Source: Candidatus Cloacimonadales bacterium | GTDB taxonomy: Bacteria > Cloacimonadota > Cloacimonadia > Cloacimonadales > JAFGVF01 | Direction of reading: 5' to 3' | Length of the DNA stretch: 64,000 bases | Assembly (NCBI GenBank): GCA_963662585.1 | Contig: OY759729.1 | Location: 1,472,001-1,536,000 of the forward strand | In this document: in pieces, positions 29,504 through 40,236 of the stretch | Numbering within the stretch: the stretch's first letter is position 1 | Layout of the letters: every line of letters starts with the position of its first letter | Notes under the pieces: generated by a model | Told to the model about the DNA's origin: nothing | Databases searched by the model: none | Seen by the model: only the letters and a program-made list of their open reading frames with translations | Program-made: the position numbers and the translations under genes

Positions 29504-31762
29504 TTAGTTAGGATTAGCAAATGGGAATCTTAAGATCATAGTATTACCTCTTTCAGAAATACCAGTACCTAAGACCATTGCTTCAACTTGAACTTGTTGT
29601 TGTCCTGGAGAAACTCCATCAGGTGATTGTAAGCCATCACCTCTGAGAACTTTCAATCTAATTTTTGCATAGCCATCTTCATCACTTACTGCAACATTGG
29701 TTTCATTCATCTGAACTATATAATCATAGAATGTACCTCTATCAGAAGTATATGTCCATCTTACATTAGGAGTAGGATAACCTTGTCCGTCGCGAGTTCT
29801 TATAGTAACGATAGCCCATAAGAAATCACCAAGAGATGCACCTGGATCTCCATCATAGAAATCAAGATGACCTGGTGATACTTGCATATCAGTATCAGGT
29901 TCATTCCAAGGAAGTTCCATGGTATAATTCTTAAATATTTCAACACCATTAGAACCTACACATACAGCTCTAAGTTCGATATCAGAATATGTTAAACTAC
30001 CACTATATGTAAGGAGAGTATATGCAACACCGATAGATGAGGTTGAGTCAATTTGAATTGCACCAGCATCTATTTCAGTAAGATAAGGTCCATTACCTGT
30101 GTAACCGTTACCTTGAATAGTAGCAGGAATAGAATTATTTTCTTCATCGATTTCAAAGAAAACAGCTGTACCGTAATCTACTGGGTTGTCATGAACATCT
30201 TTTACTGAAACAGCAACTAATAGTTCCCATAAACCCGCACCAACACTAGTACCTTGGTCGAATGATATATCACCCCAAGTAATACGAGCAGGAGGACCAG
30301 CATGAATTAGAATATTTGTTTTAGTTGCAGTAATAGCGTCAGGAATTGATACATCAGCTAAAGCTTCTCTATCATTAGCAACTCTAAGTTGAAGCACACC
30401 TGAACCTGCACCTGTTACAACAGAAACAGCAGCTTGTCCGCCACTCGAGGTAGAGTGAACAACACCAAATTCATCCTGACCACTTAAGTAAGCAGGTTGA
30501 TCTTGGTCTGCACCAGGGATAGTAGCATTAATAATTTTGAAGTAGATATCAGTAGCTCTATCAACTACATTTCCGTTAATATCAAATAATTTTACATATA
30601 AGATTTTGGAATCAATACCACCAGTATTAGCTACATTAAGGTGAACTTGTTCTGTTGTAGTAAATCTGATAGAATGTAATTCATCAGATTTAATTGTAAA
30701 TAATAACTCTGTAGAAAGAGTATCACTATTTGCATATGCTTTAATTGTAGCAGGACCTGCAGATAGACCAGGAGTAAAGATAACTTTACAAATACCCTCT
30801 GCATTAGTGCTTTGATTATAAACTTCTGAAGTGTTATAGAAGCTTCCTAAGTCTGTTTCAAATCTAATAACCTTATTTGGATTAGGGTTATTATAAGCGT
30901 CTTTTAAGTCAGCTTGAATAACGATATTATATTGATTATCAATAGTAGTTTCATTAGTTTCTTCAACAACAATAAGGTCATCATCTGCAAGATATGACAT
31001 TACTTGTAAGTTGAAAGGATTACCTGGTTTAACATTAAATGATCTTGATGCTTGAAGAGTATCAATTTTTACAGTTACATTACCAGTTCCAGCTTGTTGT
31101 CCAACATTTAGTGTTAAAGGAGCATTACCATTCTGAGTAGGAACGATAGCGATAGAACCTAAATTAGTTTCACCATCATCAGCTAAAAAGAAACCTCTAT
31201 CAGTTTCAAATCTGATCATTGTACTGTCAGCTACTGGACTAAGATTTACATCATAAACACGAGCTCTAACCATTACAGATTGATTAACGAAGAACTCATT
31301 AGATGAAATTTCAATATTAAGAGCACCAATAGGTGGTTTTTCTTCAATTAAAACTTGAATTTCCATTGAATTCTCAGCTGTTACTTCACCTGCAGTATAT
31401 TGAGAATAGGTATAGACAGTAGCAGTGATAGTAGCTAAACCAACCTCTCCTGAATCATAAAAAGGAACTTTAGCAATACCAGAATTATTAGTGTTAACAT
31501 CAGAAATAATGCTACCACGATCAGCTTGGAATCTAACTGGTATTTCAGATGCTCCAAAATTATTTTTATCTTTAACATAGGCACTAATATAACTAAAAGT
31601 CACATTATTATCTGCATATATTTTATCAACAGAGGATTCTAGCCTGGTAATTCGATACTCAGCCTGTGAAGATGTCGGAACATCCCTATTATCACAACCA
31701 CTAACCAATAACATGGCAAGCGATAGTAGAATCAACAATATTGTTAAATTTTTCAATTTCAT
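29504..31762 (-). CDS. Lipoprotein with tandem invasin/Big-1-type Ig-like domains
   Basis: Lipobox LVSGC; repeated units like A.VKD..N.....V.F.TD.G...TN..G.A; ATG at 31762 after GGGAG. Confidence 0.8.
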   Translation of the reverse strand: MKLKNLTILLILLSLAMLLVSGCDNRDVPTSSQAEYRITRLESSVDKIYADNNVTFSYISAYVKDKNNFGASEIPVRFQADRGSIISDVNTNNSGIAKVPFYDSGEVGLATITATVYTYSQYTAGEVTAENSMEIQVLIEEKPPIGALNIEISSNEFFVNQSVMVRARVYDVNLSPVADSTMIRFETDRGFFLADDGETNLGSIAIVPTQNGNAPLTLNVGQQAGTGNVTVKIDTLQASRSFNVKPGNPFNLQVMSYLADDDLIVVEETNETTIDNQYNIVIQADLKDAYNNPNPNKVIRFETDLGSFYNTSEVYNQSTNAEGICKVIFTPGLSAGPATIKAYANSDTLSTELLFTIKSDELHSIRFTTTEQVHLNVANTGGIDSKILYVKLFDINGNVVDRATDIYFKIINATIPGADQDQPAYLSGQDEFGVVHSTSSGGQAAVSVVTGAGSGVLQLRVANDREALADVSIPDAITATKTNILIHAGPPARITWGDISFDQGTSVGAGLWELLVAVSVKDVHDNPVDYGTAVFFEIDEENNSIPATIQGNGYTGNGPYLTEIDAGAIQIDSTSSIGVAYTLLTYSGSLTYSDIELRAVCVGSNGVEIFKNYTMELPWNEPDTDMQVSPGHLDFYDGDPGASLGDFLWAIVTIRTRDGQGYPTPNVRWTYTSDRGTFYDYIVQMNETNVAVSDEDGYAKIRLKVLRGDGLQSPDGVSPGQQQVQVEAMVLGTGISERGNTMILRFPFANPN

Positions 31763-31781
31763 TATTACTCCCAATTTGTTG

Positions 31782-33176
31782 TTACTCTTGTTCTTCGAAT
31801 TTGATTAAAGTCTCAGTCATAATGTCAGCTACTTCAAAAGTCTTATTAAAATCGCCGGCATTAACAACTGTTGGAGTCATTTCAATAATTAAATCAGTTT
31901 TTTCTAAAGTTTCAGTATTATGTCTGAAGAATTTTCCTACGAAAGGAATATCCCCTAAGAAAGGAACTTTGTTTTGACGAGTTGTCAATTGAGAAGATAA
32001 TAGACCACTAACGATAAATGTATCTCCACTAGGAACAGTAATAGTTGAGTTAACTTTTCTAACTTTTGTTCTTGGTACATATCCACCAACAAGATCAATC
32101 ACAGAACTAATTTCTGGTTCAATCATTGTAGTAATTTCATTTTCTGAATTTACTTTTGGAGTAATATTAAGTTTGATACCAGTGTCTTCTCTTTCAACTT
32201 GGATTTCTTTATCGTTGTCAGTAACAACATAAGGTAAAGATTCACCAATATGAACATAAGCAGACTCACCATTTTGTGAAGTTAAGCGAGTATCTGTTAA
32301 CATTTTAGCAGAATTATTTTCTAATAACCAATCGATAGTAATGTCAAAAGCATACAATTGTCTTGAGAATTTACCGAAGTCATCCCAATCACTCATTTTT
32401 TGGAAATATTGGTTACCAGGTAAAACACCTAATTCTGAGGCATCACCAAAAGGTAGTGAGCCAGTTTCATCAGTGTAGTTAAATGGTAAGCCAACACCAG
32501 CAGCATTAACAGGATCTTCAGCAATAATAGTTGTTAAGTTATTAAGTTTTGACCAGTCAATACCCATTTTTTTAGAATCAGTAAGGTTAACTTCAATAAC
32601 TCTAACTCTGATTTGAACTTGCTTTTGAGGCATATCTAATTTTTTAATTTGATTTTCGATGTCAGCATAGGTTTCAGGATTAGCTCTAATTAAAAGAGCA
32701 TTTTGTCCAGAAACTTCAATAACTTCACCAGGAATATCTTTAAAAGCTTTAACTATTTTTTGAGCATCAATATATTTCAATTGATAAGTATAGTTTCTTG
32801 TTCCTGATTCTTGTTCTACAACAGTTGAAGGTCCAATTAAAAATGTATTTGAACCAATAACTTTATAAGAAAAGCCATAAGATTTTGACACTAAAGAAAT
32901 TGCATTTTCTACAGAGATATCATTCAATCTTACTGTTACGCGTTTTTCTTCATCATTAGCACTCTTAGTACCTTCTGTTGCTACTACAATATTGATGCCT
33001 GTAAGTTCTGAGATTGACTCAATAACTGTTGAGATTGTAGCATCTTTAAAATAAAGATTTTCTATCTTCTTTACTAATAAATCTTCATCATTCTGAGCAA
33101 ATGCAAAGGAAACACTCAAAAGTAATGTTAATATAATTAGAGTAAATTTTTTTATTCTAACATTGAATATTTTCAT
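31782..33176 (-). CDS. pilQ: Secretin PilQ/GspD family
   Basis: LDMPQKQVQI.V..IEV, TGIKLNITP, KVPFLGDIPFVGKFF. Confidence 0.9.
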   Translation of the reverse strand: MKIFNVRIKKFTLIILTLLLSVSFAFAQNDEDLLVKKIENLYFKDATISTVIESISELTGINIVVATEGTKSANDEEKRVTVRLNDISVENAISLVSKSYGFSYKVIGSNTFLIGPSTVVEQESGTRNYTYQLKYIDAQKIVKAFKDIPGEVIEVSGQNALLIRANPETYADIENQIKKLDMPQKQVQIRVRVIEVNLTDSKKMGIDWSKLNNLTTIIAEDPVNAAGVGLPFNYTDETGSLPFGDASELGVLPGNQYFQKMSDWDDFGKFSRQLYAFDITIDWLLENNSAKMLTDTRLTSQNGESAYVHIGESLPYVVTDNDKEIQVEREDTGIKLNITPKVNSENEITTMIEPEISSVIDLVGGYVPRTKVRKVNSTITVPSGDTFIVSGLLSSQLTTRQNKVPFLGDIPFVGKFFRHNTETLEKTDLIIEMTPTVVNAGDFNKTFEVADIMTETLIKFEEQE

Positions 33177-33193
33177 AGTTTCTCCTACCTATT

Positions 33194-33748
33194 TTAATAA
33201 TTTTCATTAGCGAAATTGTCGCTTTTTGGGGAAGTCTTTTCAGAAGGAATATCAAATATATTCATTCTCTCTTTTACTACTAATTTAGTCCCATCAGATA
33301 ATACTGCTGTTTGGCTAACAGGATTAGCAGATCTAATACTTAGTTTAGAACCTTGTATCTTTTCGCCAACACGGTATTGACCTTCAATATCTTTATGTTC
33401 AATTCCAACTAAAACAACATCACCAAACTTTAAGACACCATATAATCTAATTTGATTATATCTTTTCTGTAATCTAAGCTTGATTTCATCTACTTTTTGA
33501 GGTAAGATGATATCTTGTTTGAGCGGGTCTTTACTTATAGAGAAAGTAAACTCTTTTCTTTGCTTAATTCCCTGTTCAATCTCGATAGCTTTCTTAAGTA
33601 AGTTAGAATCAACTTCTTGTTCAGCATAAGCGGATTTAGGGTCAACACTTTGTTCTGTATCATAGTGTTTAACAGCAAATACAGCGAGTACTATAATTGA
33701 TGCAACTAACAGAATATAAGCTAAGTCTTTTACATATCTATATTCCAT
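33194..33748 (-). CDS. PilP-position membrane-anchored protein
   Basis: Between pilO and pilQ; KDPL motif, IRLYGV..YRVGEKI; N-terminal TM but no lipobox Cys. Confidence 0.55.
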   Translation of the reverse strand: MEYRYVKDLAYILLVASIIVLAVFAVKHYDTEQSVDPKSAYAEQEVDSNLLKKAIEIEQGIKQRKEFTFSISKDPLKQDIILPQKVDEIKLRLQKRYNQIRLYGVLKFGDVVLVGIEHKDIEGQYRVGEKIQGSKLSIRSANPVSQTAVLSDGTKLVVKERMNIFDIPSEKTSPKSDNFANENY

Positions 33749-33750
33749 AA

Positions 33751-34308
33751 TTACCTCATCTTATGTTTTACGAATGAAATGCTCAAATTGACGATATAGT
33801 TCTTTTCTAATTCTTGAACATTAGTAACGTCTTGTTTCTTTTCAACTTTATTCTCAGGATCAATACTAAAGTCATTGATCACTGTTAGATAATCCATCTT
33901 TTCAATATCGTTTAAAAATCTACCTAATTTTACATAAGTAGAAGTAAATTCAAATGAAAATTCATGTTCTAACTGTTCTGAGGAAGTGAAAAGATCTTTA
34001 TGGTTAATACCTGAGATATTAATGCCATATTTCTGGGCAATTTCATCCATTGTGAAAATGATTTCATGAATTTCATCAGATGAGAATTCATTATCTTTTG
34101 TTAAAGTATGAGATAAAATAGTAGTAAATTCACCAAGCTTCTCATTTTGTACAATAAGACTATTCAAATCTTGACGAGCGGATTTAATTTTTTTATCCAA
34201 CTTTGTTATATCATTTACTTTGTTTGAAATAACTTGATCAGCAAAATAGTAATATGCAAATGAGGAGATAATTATTAAGATAATTAGGATAAAGTAGTTA
34301 CGCTTCAT
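33751..34308 (-). CDS. pilO: PilO-like alignment protein
   Basis: TM plus coiled coil; STYVKLGRFLNDIEKM motif; synteny. Confidence 0.75.
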   Translation of the reverse strand: MKRNYFILIILIIISSFAYYYFADQVISNKVNDITKLDKKIKSARQDLNSLIVQNEKLGEFTTILSHTLTKDNEFSSDEIHEIIFTMDEIAQKYGINISGINHKDLFTSSEQLEHEFSFEFTSTYVKLGRFLNDIEKMDYLTVINDFSIDPENKVEKKQDVTNVQELEKNYIVNLSISFVKHKMR

Positions 34309-34928
34309 TTTCTTCTCCTTCTTTCATAGTATTTGCTGCTACATTGGATTTTAAAATCATAAATTACATCCATATCGCTGTCTGTTTCAATGTTGAGCAT
34401 CTTCTTAACTAAATCTCTGTTAACAAATTCGACTGATCTGAAGTCATTGAATTCTTCTCTTTCAATTAAACTAGTTCTATACTTGTTAATAATATCTTGA
34501 GGAACTTCATGTTTCTTGGCTTTAATCAGACCGACTAGGTCCCAGTTTCCACTTTTGTAAGAAAATTTAGAGATTGCTAAACTATCAGAAGTGATCTCAG
34601 CTAATGCTTGTAACTTCTTAGTCCAGAATATTCTTCTGTTATAGGCTTGAGCAAATCTTTCCATATCTTTTTCTAAGTTTTGAGAACTGGTAGAGCTCAC
34701 AATATTGTCATAAGAATTGATTTGTTTATTGATCTCAGCTAATTGATCTTTACGAGTTTGAATCTTCTTATCTAAATTTAGACTATTAAAATAGGTAAAA
34801 CCTGAAATTGCTAATACTATAATAATAAAGGCTAAAACAGTATTAATGTAGGTTTTTTTCTCTTTAAGAGCTTTTAATCTCTCTTCACCAAATTTATTTA
34901 AGTTAATTCCAAAATAGAATTGTTCCAT
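34305..34928 (-). CDS. pilN: PilN-like alignment protein
   Basis: N-terminal INL motif, TM, coiled coil, RIFWT..L..L. Confidence 0.75.
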   Translation of the reverse strand: MEQFYFGINLNKFGEERLKALKEKKTYINTVLAFIIIVLAISGFTYFNSLNLDKKIQTRKDQLAEINKQINSYDNIVSSTSSQNLEKDMERFAQAYNRRIFWTKKLQALAEITSDSLAISKFSYKSGNWDLVGLIKAKKHEVPQDIINKYRTSLIEREEFNDFRSVEFVNRDLVKKMLNIETDSDMDVIYDFKIQCSSKYYERRRRK

Positions 34929-34938
34929 TCATCCCCCT

Positions 34939-36006
34939 CTATTCCGGTCTCATAGCAAGACCTAATGCAAGGCAAAGCTGTGGATCTTGACTATTTTTGA
35001 ATTTATCCGGCATTTCAATTGAGCTAAATGGATTATAGACTTCAGTTGGTACATTAATTTTTGATTCAATATACTGACTAAGTCCTTTCACTTTAGCAGA
35101 ACCACCCATAAGATAGACTTTTCTGAAATCACTGTTTCCAGCTTCTTTAACATAGAATCTAATTGATCTTCTGATTTCATCAGTGATCAAATCTTCTGTG
35201 TTCTTTTCAGTAATGTCTAACATAGAGAGAGTTGTCTCTCCGCTAGGGCTTGTATTGGTAATACCGTGTTCGATTTTAAATGTCTCTGCTTCAGAATACT
35301 CTATATTATGTTTTCTCATAATATCTTGAGTAAAATTATATCCGCCATAAGCAATATCTCTAGTAAAGAATTTTGCTTTAGGACCATATATAACTATGTT
35401 AGTTCTGTGGGCCCCAACATTAACTAATACAAATACACCTTCCTCTACATAAGAACTTAAGAGAAAAGCATTAGTAATAGCAAATGCATCAATATCAATA
35501 ACTCCAGGTACAATTCCAACTGAAGATAATATATCAGCATGTGTATTAATTACATTTTTAGTTGAAGCAGCCAATACGATATTCATATTATTTGTTTTCT
35601 CTTCAATATTTAAAACTTGGTAATCTAATACCATCTCATTCCCACTTATAGGAATATGTTTTTTTGCTTCAAATGATAGTGCTGAGTCAAGTTCATCTTC
35701 AGGTAAATAAATTGTCTTTACCTGTTTGATGCTTGTATCATCACCACCAATAGAACTTACGACATGCTTAATTTTCTTCGGATTGATTTTCATACCCTTA
35801 AGTATGGAACCAAGAACCGGAGTAAATCGATCATTTCGCAAATCATTTGGTAGATATTCAATCCCTTCAGGAACAGTTGAGCGAACATCAAAGTTCAACA
35901 ACTTGTATCCATGGCTAAGCCGTTTCAAATGAACGACCTTTACACTGTGCGATCCAATATCTATACCAAGTGATTCTTTAAATCTTACCTTAGTTTTTTT
36001 ACTCAT
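34939..36006 (-). CDS. pilM: PilM actin-like protein
   Basis: GIDIGSHSVKVV, VLDYQ, EIRRSIRFY, LMGGSAK, ALGLAMR. Confidence 0.92.
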   Translation of the reverse strand: MSKKTKVRFKESLGIDIGSHSVKVVHLKRLSHGYKLLNFDVRSTVPEGIEYLPNDLRNDRFTPVLGSILKGMKINPKKIKHVVSSIGGDDTSIKQVKTIYLPEDELDSALSFEAKKHIPISGNEMVLDYQVLNIEEKTNNMNIVLAASTKNVINTHADILSSVGIVPGVIDIDAFAITNAFLLSSYVEEGVFVLVNVGAHRTNIVIYGPKAKFFTRDIAYGGYNFTQDIMRKHNIEYSEAETFKIEHGITNTSPSGETTLSMLDITEKNTEDLITDEIRRSIRFYVKEAGNSDFRKVYLMGGSAKVKGLSQYIESKINVPTEVYNPFSSIEMPDKFKNSQDPQLCLALGLAMRPE

Positions 36007-36027
36007 ATCGCCTCTTTATTTTTGTTA

Positions 36028-37983
36028 TTAATCAAATCGTAAATCATAAGGAGCATTTTCTCCTCTATATATATACCAACTTTCAGGATCAAAAGCAGTA
36101 GTACCACCCTCGAGATGAACTTGAGGGAATTTAGGTGGTGGAGAATTTTTGAATCTATAATCATAATTATAGTTTTTCTTATATCCTACACCTGAACCAG
36201 TAGCACCAGGAGATGGAGGTAACCCTAAAACTCTTGGGCCAGCACCATACTCATAATTAGCTATATCCCAAACGCCAGTATTATTGACAGGATCGTTTCC
36301 AGATCTATGTACAAATCCTCTTCTTCTTTGAGCTACAGAACCATAGAGGTTAATTGTTCCTCTTTCCATAAAGGTTTCTGATCTCTTTTCTGGCCATAAT
36401 GGACCATAATATGGGAAACAATAAGCGGGAGACCAAGGTGCATCCCTTTCGTCCATATAAAAGAAGTGTAGAGGACCCCAACCGTTGTTATATGGGGCTA
36501 TATTGTAGACTGAAAAATCATCCAATTCAACAAGTTGCCCATTTAGTCTAGCAATCAAACCTGGGTGAGGGTGTTGGTATTGAAATGAGAATACACCATC
36601 TTGCATTGAGACTTCACCTTTACCAAGAGCAGCCATTGCAGCGTAGATATATATTCCGCCTTCACCTTCATCACCTTCTATATCTTCATATCTTCCACAA
36701 TTATTCTTTACTCTAATAGAGTCTTCTGGTGATCTATATCCATACTGAATCAGAATACTCTGCTCGGAAATTAACCCAACATAATCTGTTTGGTTAACAG
36801 GACCAGTGAAAGAATCTGTAGTAGGATTATATCCATCAGGATGTGCGCCTTTAGCTGTATTAGCAAGAGTAATATCTCCCGCTAAATACATAGTATCTTG
36901 GCTCGCCCAAGTTTGTCTTCCAGCGAAGTTACCCTGTAACCATAACTCTCCTTTAAAAAAGATCGAGTTATTTTGGACTCTTCCATTACCACGAGGTGTC
37001 CATATAGAGTCTATAACAGTAATATACTGTACTCCTAATGAATCTTCGCGAGGAATAGTATCAGGATCATCCTCAATACCAGCATCATAAACAACTACAG
37101 AATCTGCAGCAAGAACTACTCTATCGAGATACCACAGATCGAAGTTTTGACCATTGACGGTTGCAAACATAGCATCACCTGGGTCTATATCAACCTGCCT
37201 TCCTGTTCTTGCTTCATTAGCATTTTCTGGAAATTGCACTTTTGGAAGATTTTCTGTATAATCATCTAAAAATACATCGTCATAAGGAATAGAGCCTGAA
37301 CCACCCCATGGTTTTATTTCGCCAGAGGTATATACATGGTCATAGAATGTAGGCCAGCCATTATTATTGCCACCACCACCCTGCTGGATGTATATATCTG
37401 TATTAGAACGAACAATACCATGAATTTCATCAGGTCCCCAAAATTTAACTTTATCAGGATCACCTAAATCAACATTGATTGAGGCTTCATTATCTGTGAA
37501 ATAATGGAATCCCGCAAAAGTATTATTTTTAATAACTTTTTTACTAAAGAATGTAACAGGTGATTCCTTTGCCTGGGCACCAATACCTGTATAGGCTTTG
37601 CCAAAAGAACTAATATTGATAATATTATTATCAACAAAAGGACTTGCCTCATCACTCTGTTCTTGATAAACTTTAGATTTAAGTTTAAAGGAAAACTTTC
37701 CAATTCCTGAATTAATTGAATAACTTTGACTACCAAGATTTATAGTCGTAATACCAACTAGTCCGCCTGAATCTCCTATTTGATCTTCAGTAACTCTTAT
37801 ACCTCTGGATGTTTCGCTTCTTAAAAGGTGTAGCTGTTCAGCCACCTGATAATTAACCGCTAAATCTTGTGTATCTGAAACTCCAATATGAGCAATGGCA
37901 ATCACAGAAAACAAGGCAACAACCAAAACACCAAAAGCAAGAGTTATGAAACCATTGTCTGATAAGTTCTTAATGTACTTCAT
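36028..37983 (-). CDS. Large PilX-like minor pilin with a DUF4900-like C-terminal region
   Basis: G|FITL hydrophobic N-terminus lacking Glu5; YFTD.E, VRSN, YGSVAQRRRG..GYKKNYNYD.RF..PPP.FP motifs (family recalled from memory). Confidence 0.65.
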   Translation of the reverse strand: MKYIKNLSDNGFITLAFGVLVVALFSVIAIAHIGVSDTQDLAVNYQVAEQLHLLRSETSRGIRVTEDQIGDSGGLVGITTINLGSQSYSINSGIGKFSFKLKSKVYQEQSDEASPFVDNNIINISSFGKAYTGIGAQAKESPVTFFSKKVIKNNTFAGFHYFTDNEASINVDLGDPDKVKFWGPDEIHGIVRSNTDIYIQQGGGGNNNGWPTFYDHVYTSGEIKPWGGSGSIPYDDVFLDDYTENLPKVQFPENANEARTGRQVDIDPGDAMFATVNGQNFDLWYLDRVVLAADSVVVYDAGIEDDPDTIPREDSLGVQYITVIDSIWTPRGNGRVQNNSIFFKGELWLQGNFAGRQTWASQDTMYLAGDITLANTAKGAHPDGYNPTTDSFTGPVNQTDYVGLISEQSILIQYGYRSPEDSIRVKNNCGRYEDIEGDEGEGGIYIYAAMAALGKGEVSMQDGVFSFQYQHPHPGLIARLNGQLVELDDFSVYNIAPYNNGWGPLHFFYMDERDAPWSPAYCFPYYGPLWPEKRSETFMERGTINLYGSVAQRRRGFVHRSGNDPVNNTGVWDIANYEYGAGPRVLGLPPSPGATGSGVGYKKNYNYDYRFKNSPPPKFPQVHLEGGTTAFDPESWYIYRGENAPYDLRFD

Positions 37984-38672
37984 TCTTTCCTCTTATCTAT
38001 TGCTATAAAGGTTTCATATTCTACAGAATATGGATTTGGGTATGCTCCATACAAATCATCAGTATCTTCAGATAAAAAGATCTTTGCTTTAAGAATAACT
38101 CTTACAATGTCTAAATTATCTGGATCATATGTTTCAGAGATTGGAGCAAACACTAGGCTTTCGACATAAATGTTACGGTTTCTGTTATTAATATCTTCAG
38201 GGAATAATCGAACATTTCTTGAATCTGCTTGGTCTATTCCATAAACATTAGCGTTATATGTAACAAAACCTTGTGATAAAGTTATAGTAACTTCATCATT
38301 TTCACCCAGCGTACTATGATTTTTTGGTGGTTTAAAAGTAATACCAGAGAATCCACTTACATAATTCCCATTTTCAGTATAATAAGTTACACTATTACCA
38401 GTGAAACCCATTGAACTTGCATTCATTAAACCAATAAATTGATGCTTTGAACCATCATCTTCAACAATAGCTTTACCATGCTTAATTGCTAACATGCAAT
38501 CATAAGCTTCCCCATTTAACTTAGAAATTCTTGATAACTGTTGGAATCTTAAACCCCAAGTTGTTAAAACAACTGCGGCAACTAAGAAAACTATCGTACT
38601 GATAGTTAAAGTGGCCATCAGCTCAAGAATAGTAAAACCACTATCTAGTCTTTTTTTATTGTAATCTATCAT
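37980..38672 (-). CDS. Minor pilin (PilW-like)
   Basis: SG|FTILELM prepilin motif. Confidence 0.85.
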   Translation of the reverse strand: MIDYNKKRLDSGFTILELMATLTISTIVFLVAAVVLTTWGLRFQQLSRISKLNGEAYDCMLAIKHGKAIVEDDGSKHQFIGLMNASSMGFTGNSVTYYTENGNYVSGFSGITFKPPKNHSTLGENDEVTITLSQGFVTYNANVYGIDQADSRNVRLFPEDINNRNRNIYVESLVFAPISETYDPDNLDIVRVILKAKIFLSEDTDDLYGAYPNPYSVEYETFIAIDKRKE

Positions 38673-39123
38673 AATACACTTCTATCAAATTTAATGTTTG
38701 AATTTTATTATCTCTACTAGGTTCTTTCCAGGATCCTTTAACAGTTACTGTTGTCCTCAAGTAATTATTCCCTAAGGATTGATATTCATAATCTCTATCA
38801 ATAGAGGTATTAAAATTTATATCAATATTATTTCCATAAGAAGGACTATCAAATTGGAATGTTCCGCCATAAATCGGAATATCATCTGCATTGTTAAACG
38901 AGTCTAAAAACTCGCCAGTTTTCTTCCAATAGAAATAATGGAACTCTAGTCTTGCTGAAGCCAACAGTATAGCCTTACGAGAACGGCCATTTTTAAAGAC
39001 TTGGTTCTCTGTAAATTTGATTCCAACAAATAGGGCAATAATTGCAAAGGAAACAATAACTAAAACTGTTAATAGTTCTATTATAGTAAACCCTGAATCT
39101 TTACACTTTTTTGTTTTTATCAT
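38656..39123 (-). CDS. Minor pilin (PilV-like)
   Basis: SG|FTIIELL prepilin motif; TVTVKGSW. Confidence 0.85.
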   Translation of the reverse strand: MIKTKKCKDSGFTIIELLTVLVIVSFAIIALFVGIKFTENQVFKNGRSRKAILLASARLEFHYFYWKKTGEFLDSFNNADDIPIYGGTFQFDSPSYGNNIDINFNTSIDRDYEYQSLGNNYLRTTVTVKGSWKEPSRDNKIQTLNLIEVYYDRLQ

Positions 39124-40181
39124 CCGCTAAATCCTGCACCTGTTGCGAAGATCTTAGGATTATCAGCAACTTTTTCTGCAGTCTTTCTATCTAAATTACC
39201 GTTCATAACATGATTATAAAGAGATTGATCCTTAGTCTGCATACCTTCTTTTGTCCCAGATTGGATAACTGAAGGTATTTGATAAGTTTTCTCTTCACGA
39301 ATCAAGTTTCTTACCGCTGCATTAGCGATCATAATCTCTAAAGCAGGAACTCGACCTTTACCATCTTTAGTAGGAAGCAATGTTTGAGCAATAACTGCCT
39401 CTAAAGATTCAGAAAGCATTGATCTAACTTGAGCCTGTTGTTCTTTAGGGAACATATCAATGATACGGTCAATAGATTTTGTAGCACTACTAGTGTGAAG
39501 TGTTGCGAAAACTAAGTGACCTGTTTCTGATGCAGTAAGAGCAAGAGAAACTGTCTCTAAGTCACGCATTTCACCGACAAGAATCACATCTGGATCTTCA
39601 CGCAGAGCTGATCTTAGCGCTGCGGTAAAAGAGTGTGTGTCATGTCCAAGTTCACGCTGATTAACCAAGCTGTTCTTACTTTTATGAACAAACTCAATTG
39701 GATCTTCAATTGTTATAATATGTTTTTGTGAGTGGTCATTAATAGAGTCAACCATTGTCGCTAGAGTAGTAGATTTACCACTACCAGTAGGACCAGTAAC
39801 TAGAATAAGACCTTTCTCTTTGAAAGTTAGCGATCTAAGTGTTTCAGGTAAATATAATTCCTCATAAGTTTTTATCTCATTAGGAATCACACGAAAAGCC
39901 GCAGCTAAACCATTAATCTGAGTAAAGGCGTTAACACGGAATCTAACTTCATTTGAAAGTTTAGTAGAAAAGTCAATTTCTAACTTTTCATGAAACATTT
40001 CAATTTGAGATTCATTCATAACACTAAATATTAGGTTTTGAATTTCTTCCTCAGTCATTAAAGGAATGTTCAACTTTTTCATTTTACCATGAACACGAAC
40101 CATGGGGTGAGAACCTGCACTAATGTGCAAATCTGAAGCCCCGGCATCTGAAGTAAATTTTAATAATTCTTGAATAGTCAT
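39120..40181 (-). CDS. pilT: Retraction ATPase PilT
   Basis: ASDLHI, GPTGSGKSTT, ALREDPD, AVRNLIRE (AIRNLIRE motif). Confidence 0.96.
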   Translation of the reverse strand: MTIQELLKFTSDAGASDLHISAGSHPMVRVHGKMKKLNIPLMTEEEIQNLIFSVMNESQIEMFHEKLEIDFSTKLSNEVRFRVNAFTQINGLAAAFRVIPNEIKTYEELYLPETLRSLTFKEKGLILVTGPTGSGKSTTLATMVDSINDHSQKHIITIEDPIEFVHKSKNSLVNQRELGHDTHSFTAALRSALREDPDVILVGEMRDLETVSLALTASETGHLVFATLHTSSATKSIDRIIDMFPKEQQAQVRSMLSESLEAVIAQTLLPTKDGKGRVPALEIMIANAAVRNLIREEKTYQIPSVIQSGTKEGMQTKDQSLYNHVMNGNLDRKTAEKVADNPKIFATGAGFSG

Positions 40182-40236
40182 CCAGCCTCCCGAAATTATA
40201 AACTTTCTAAAAACAATTTAAAGGTTACCCTCTAAA

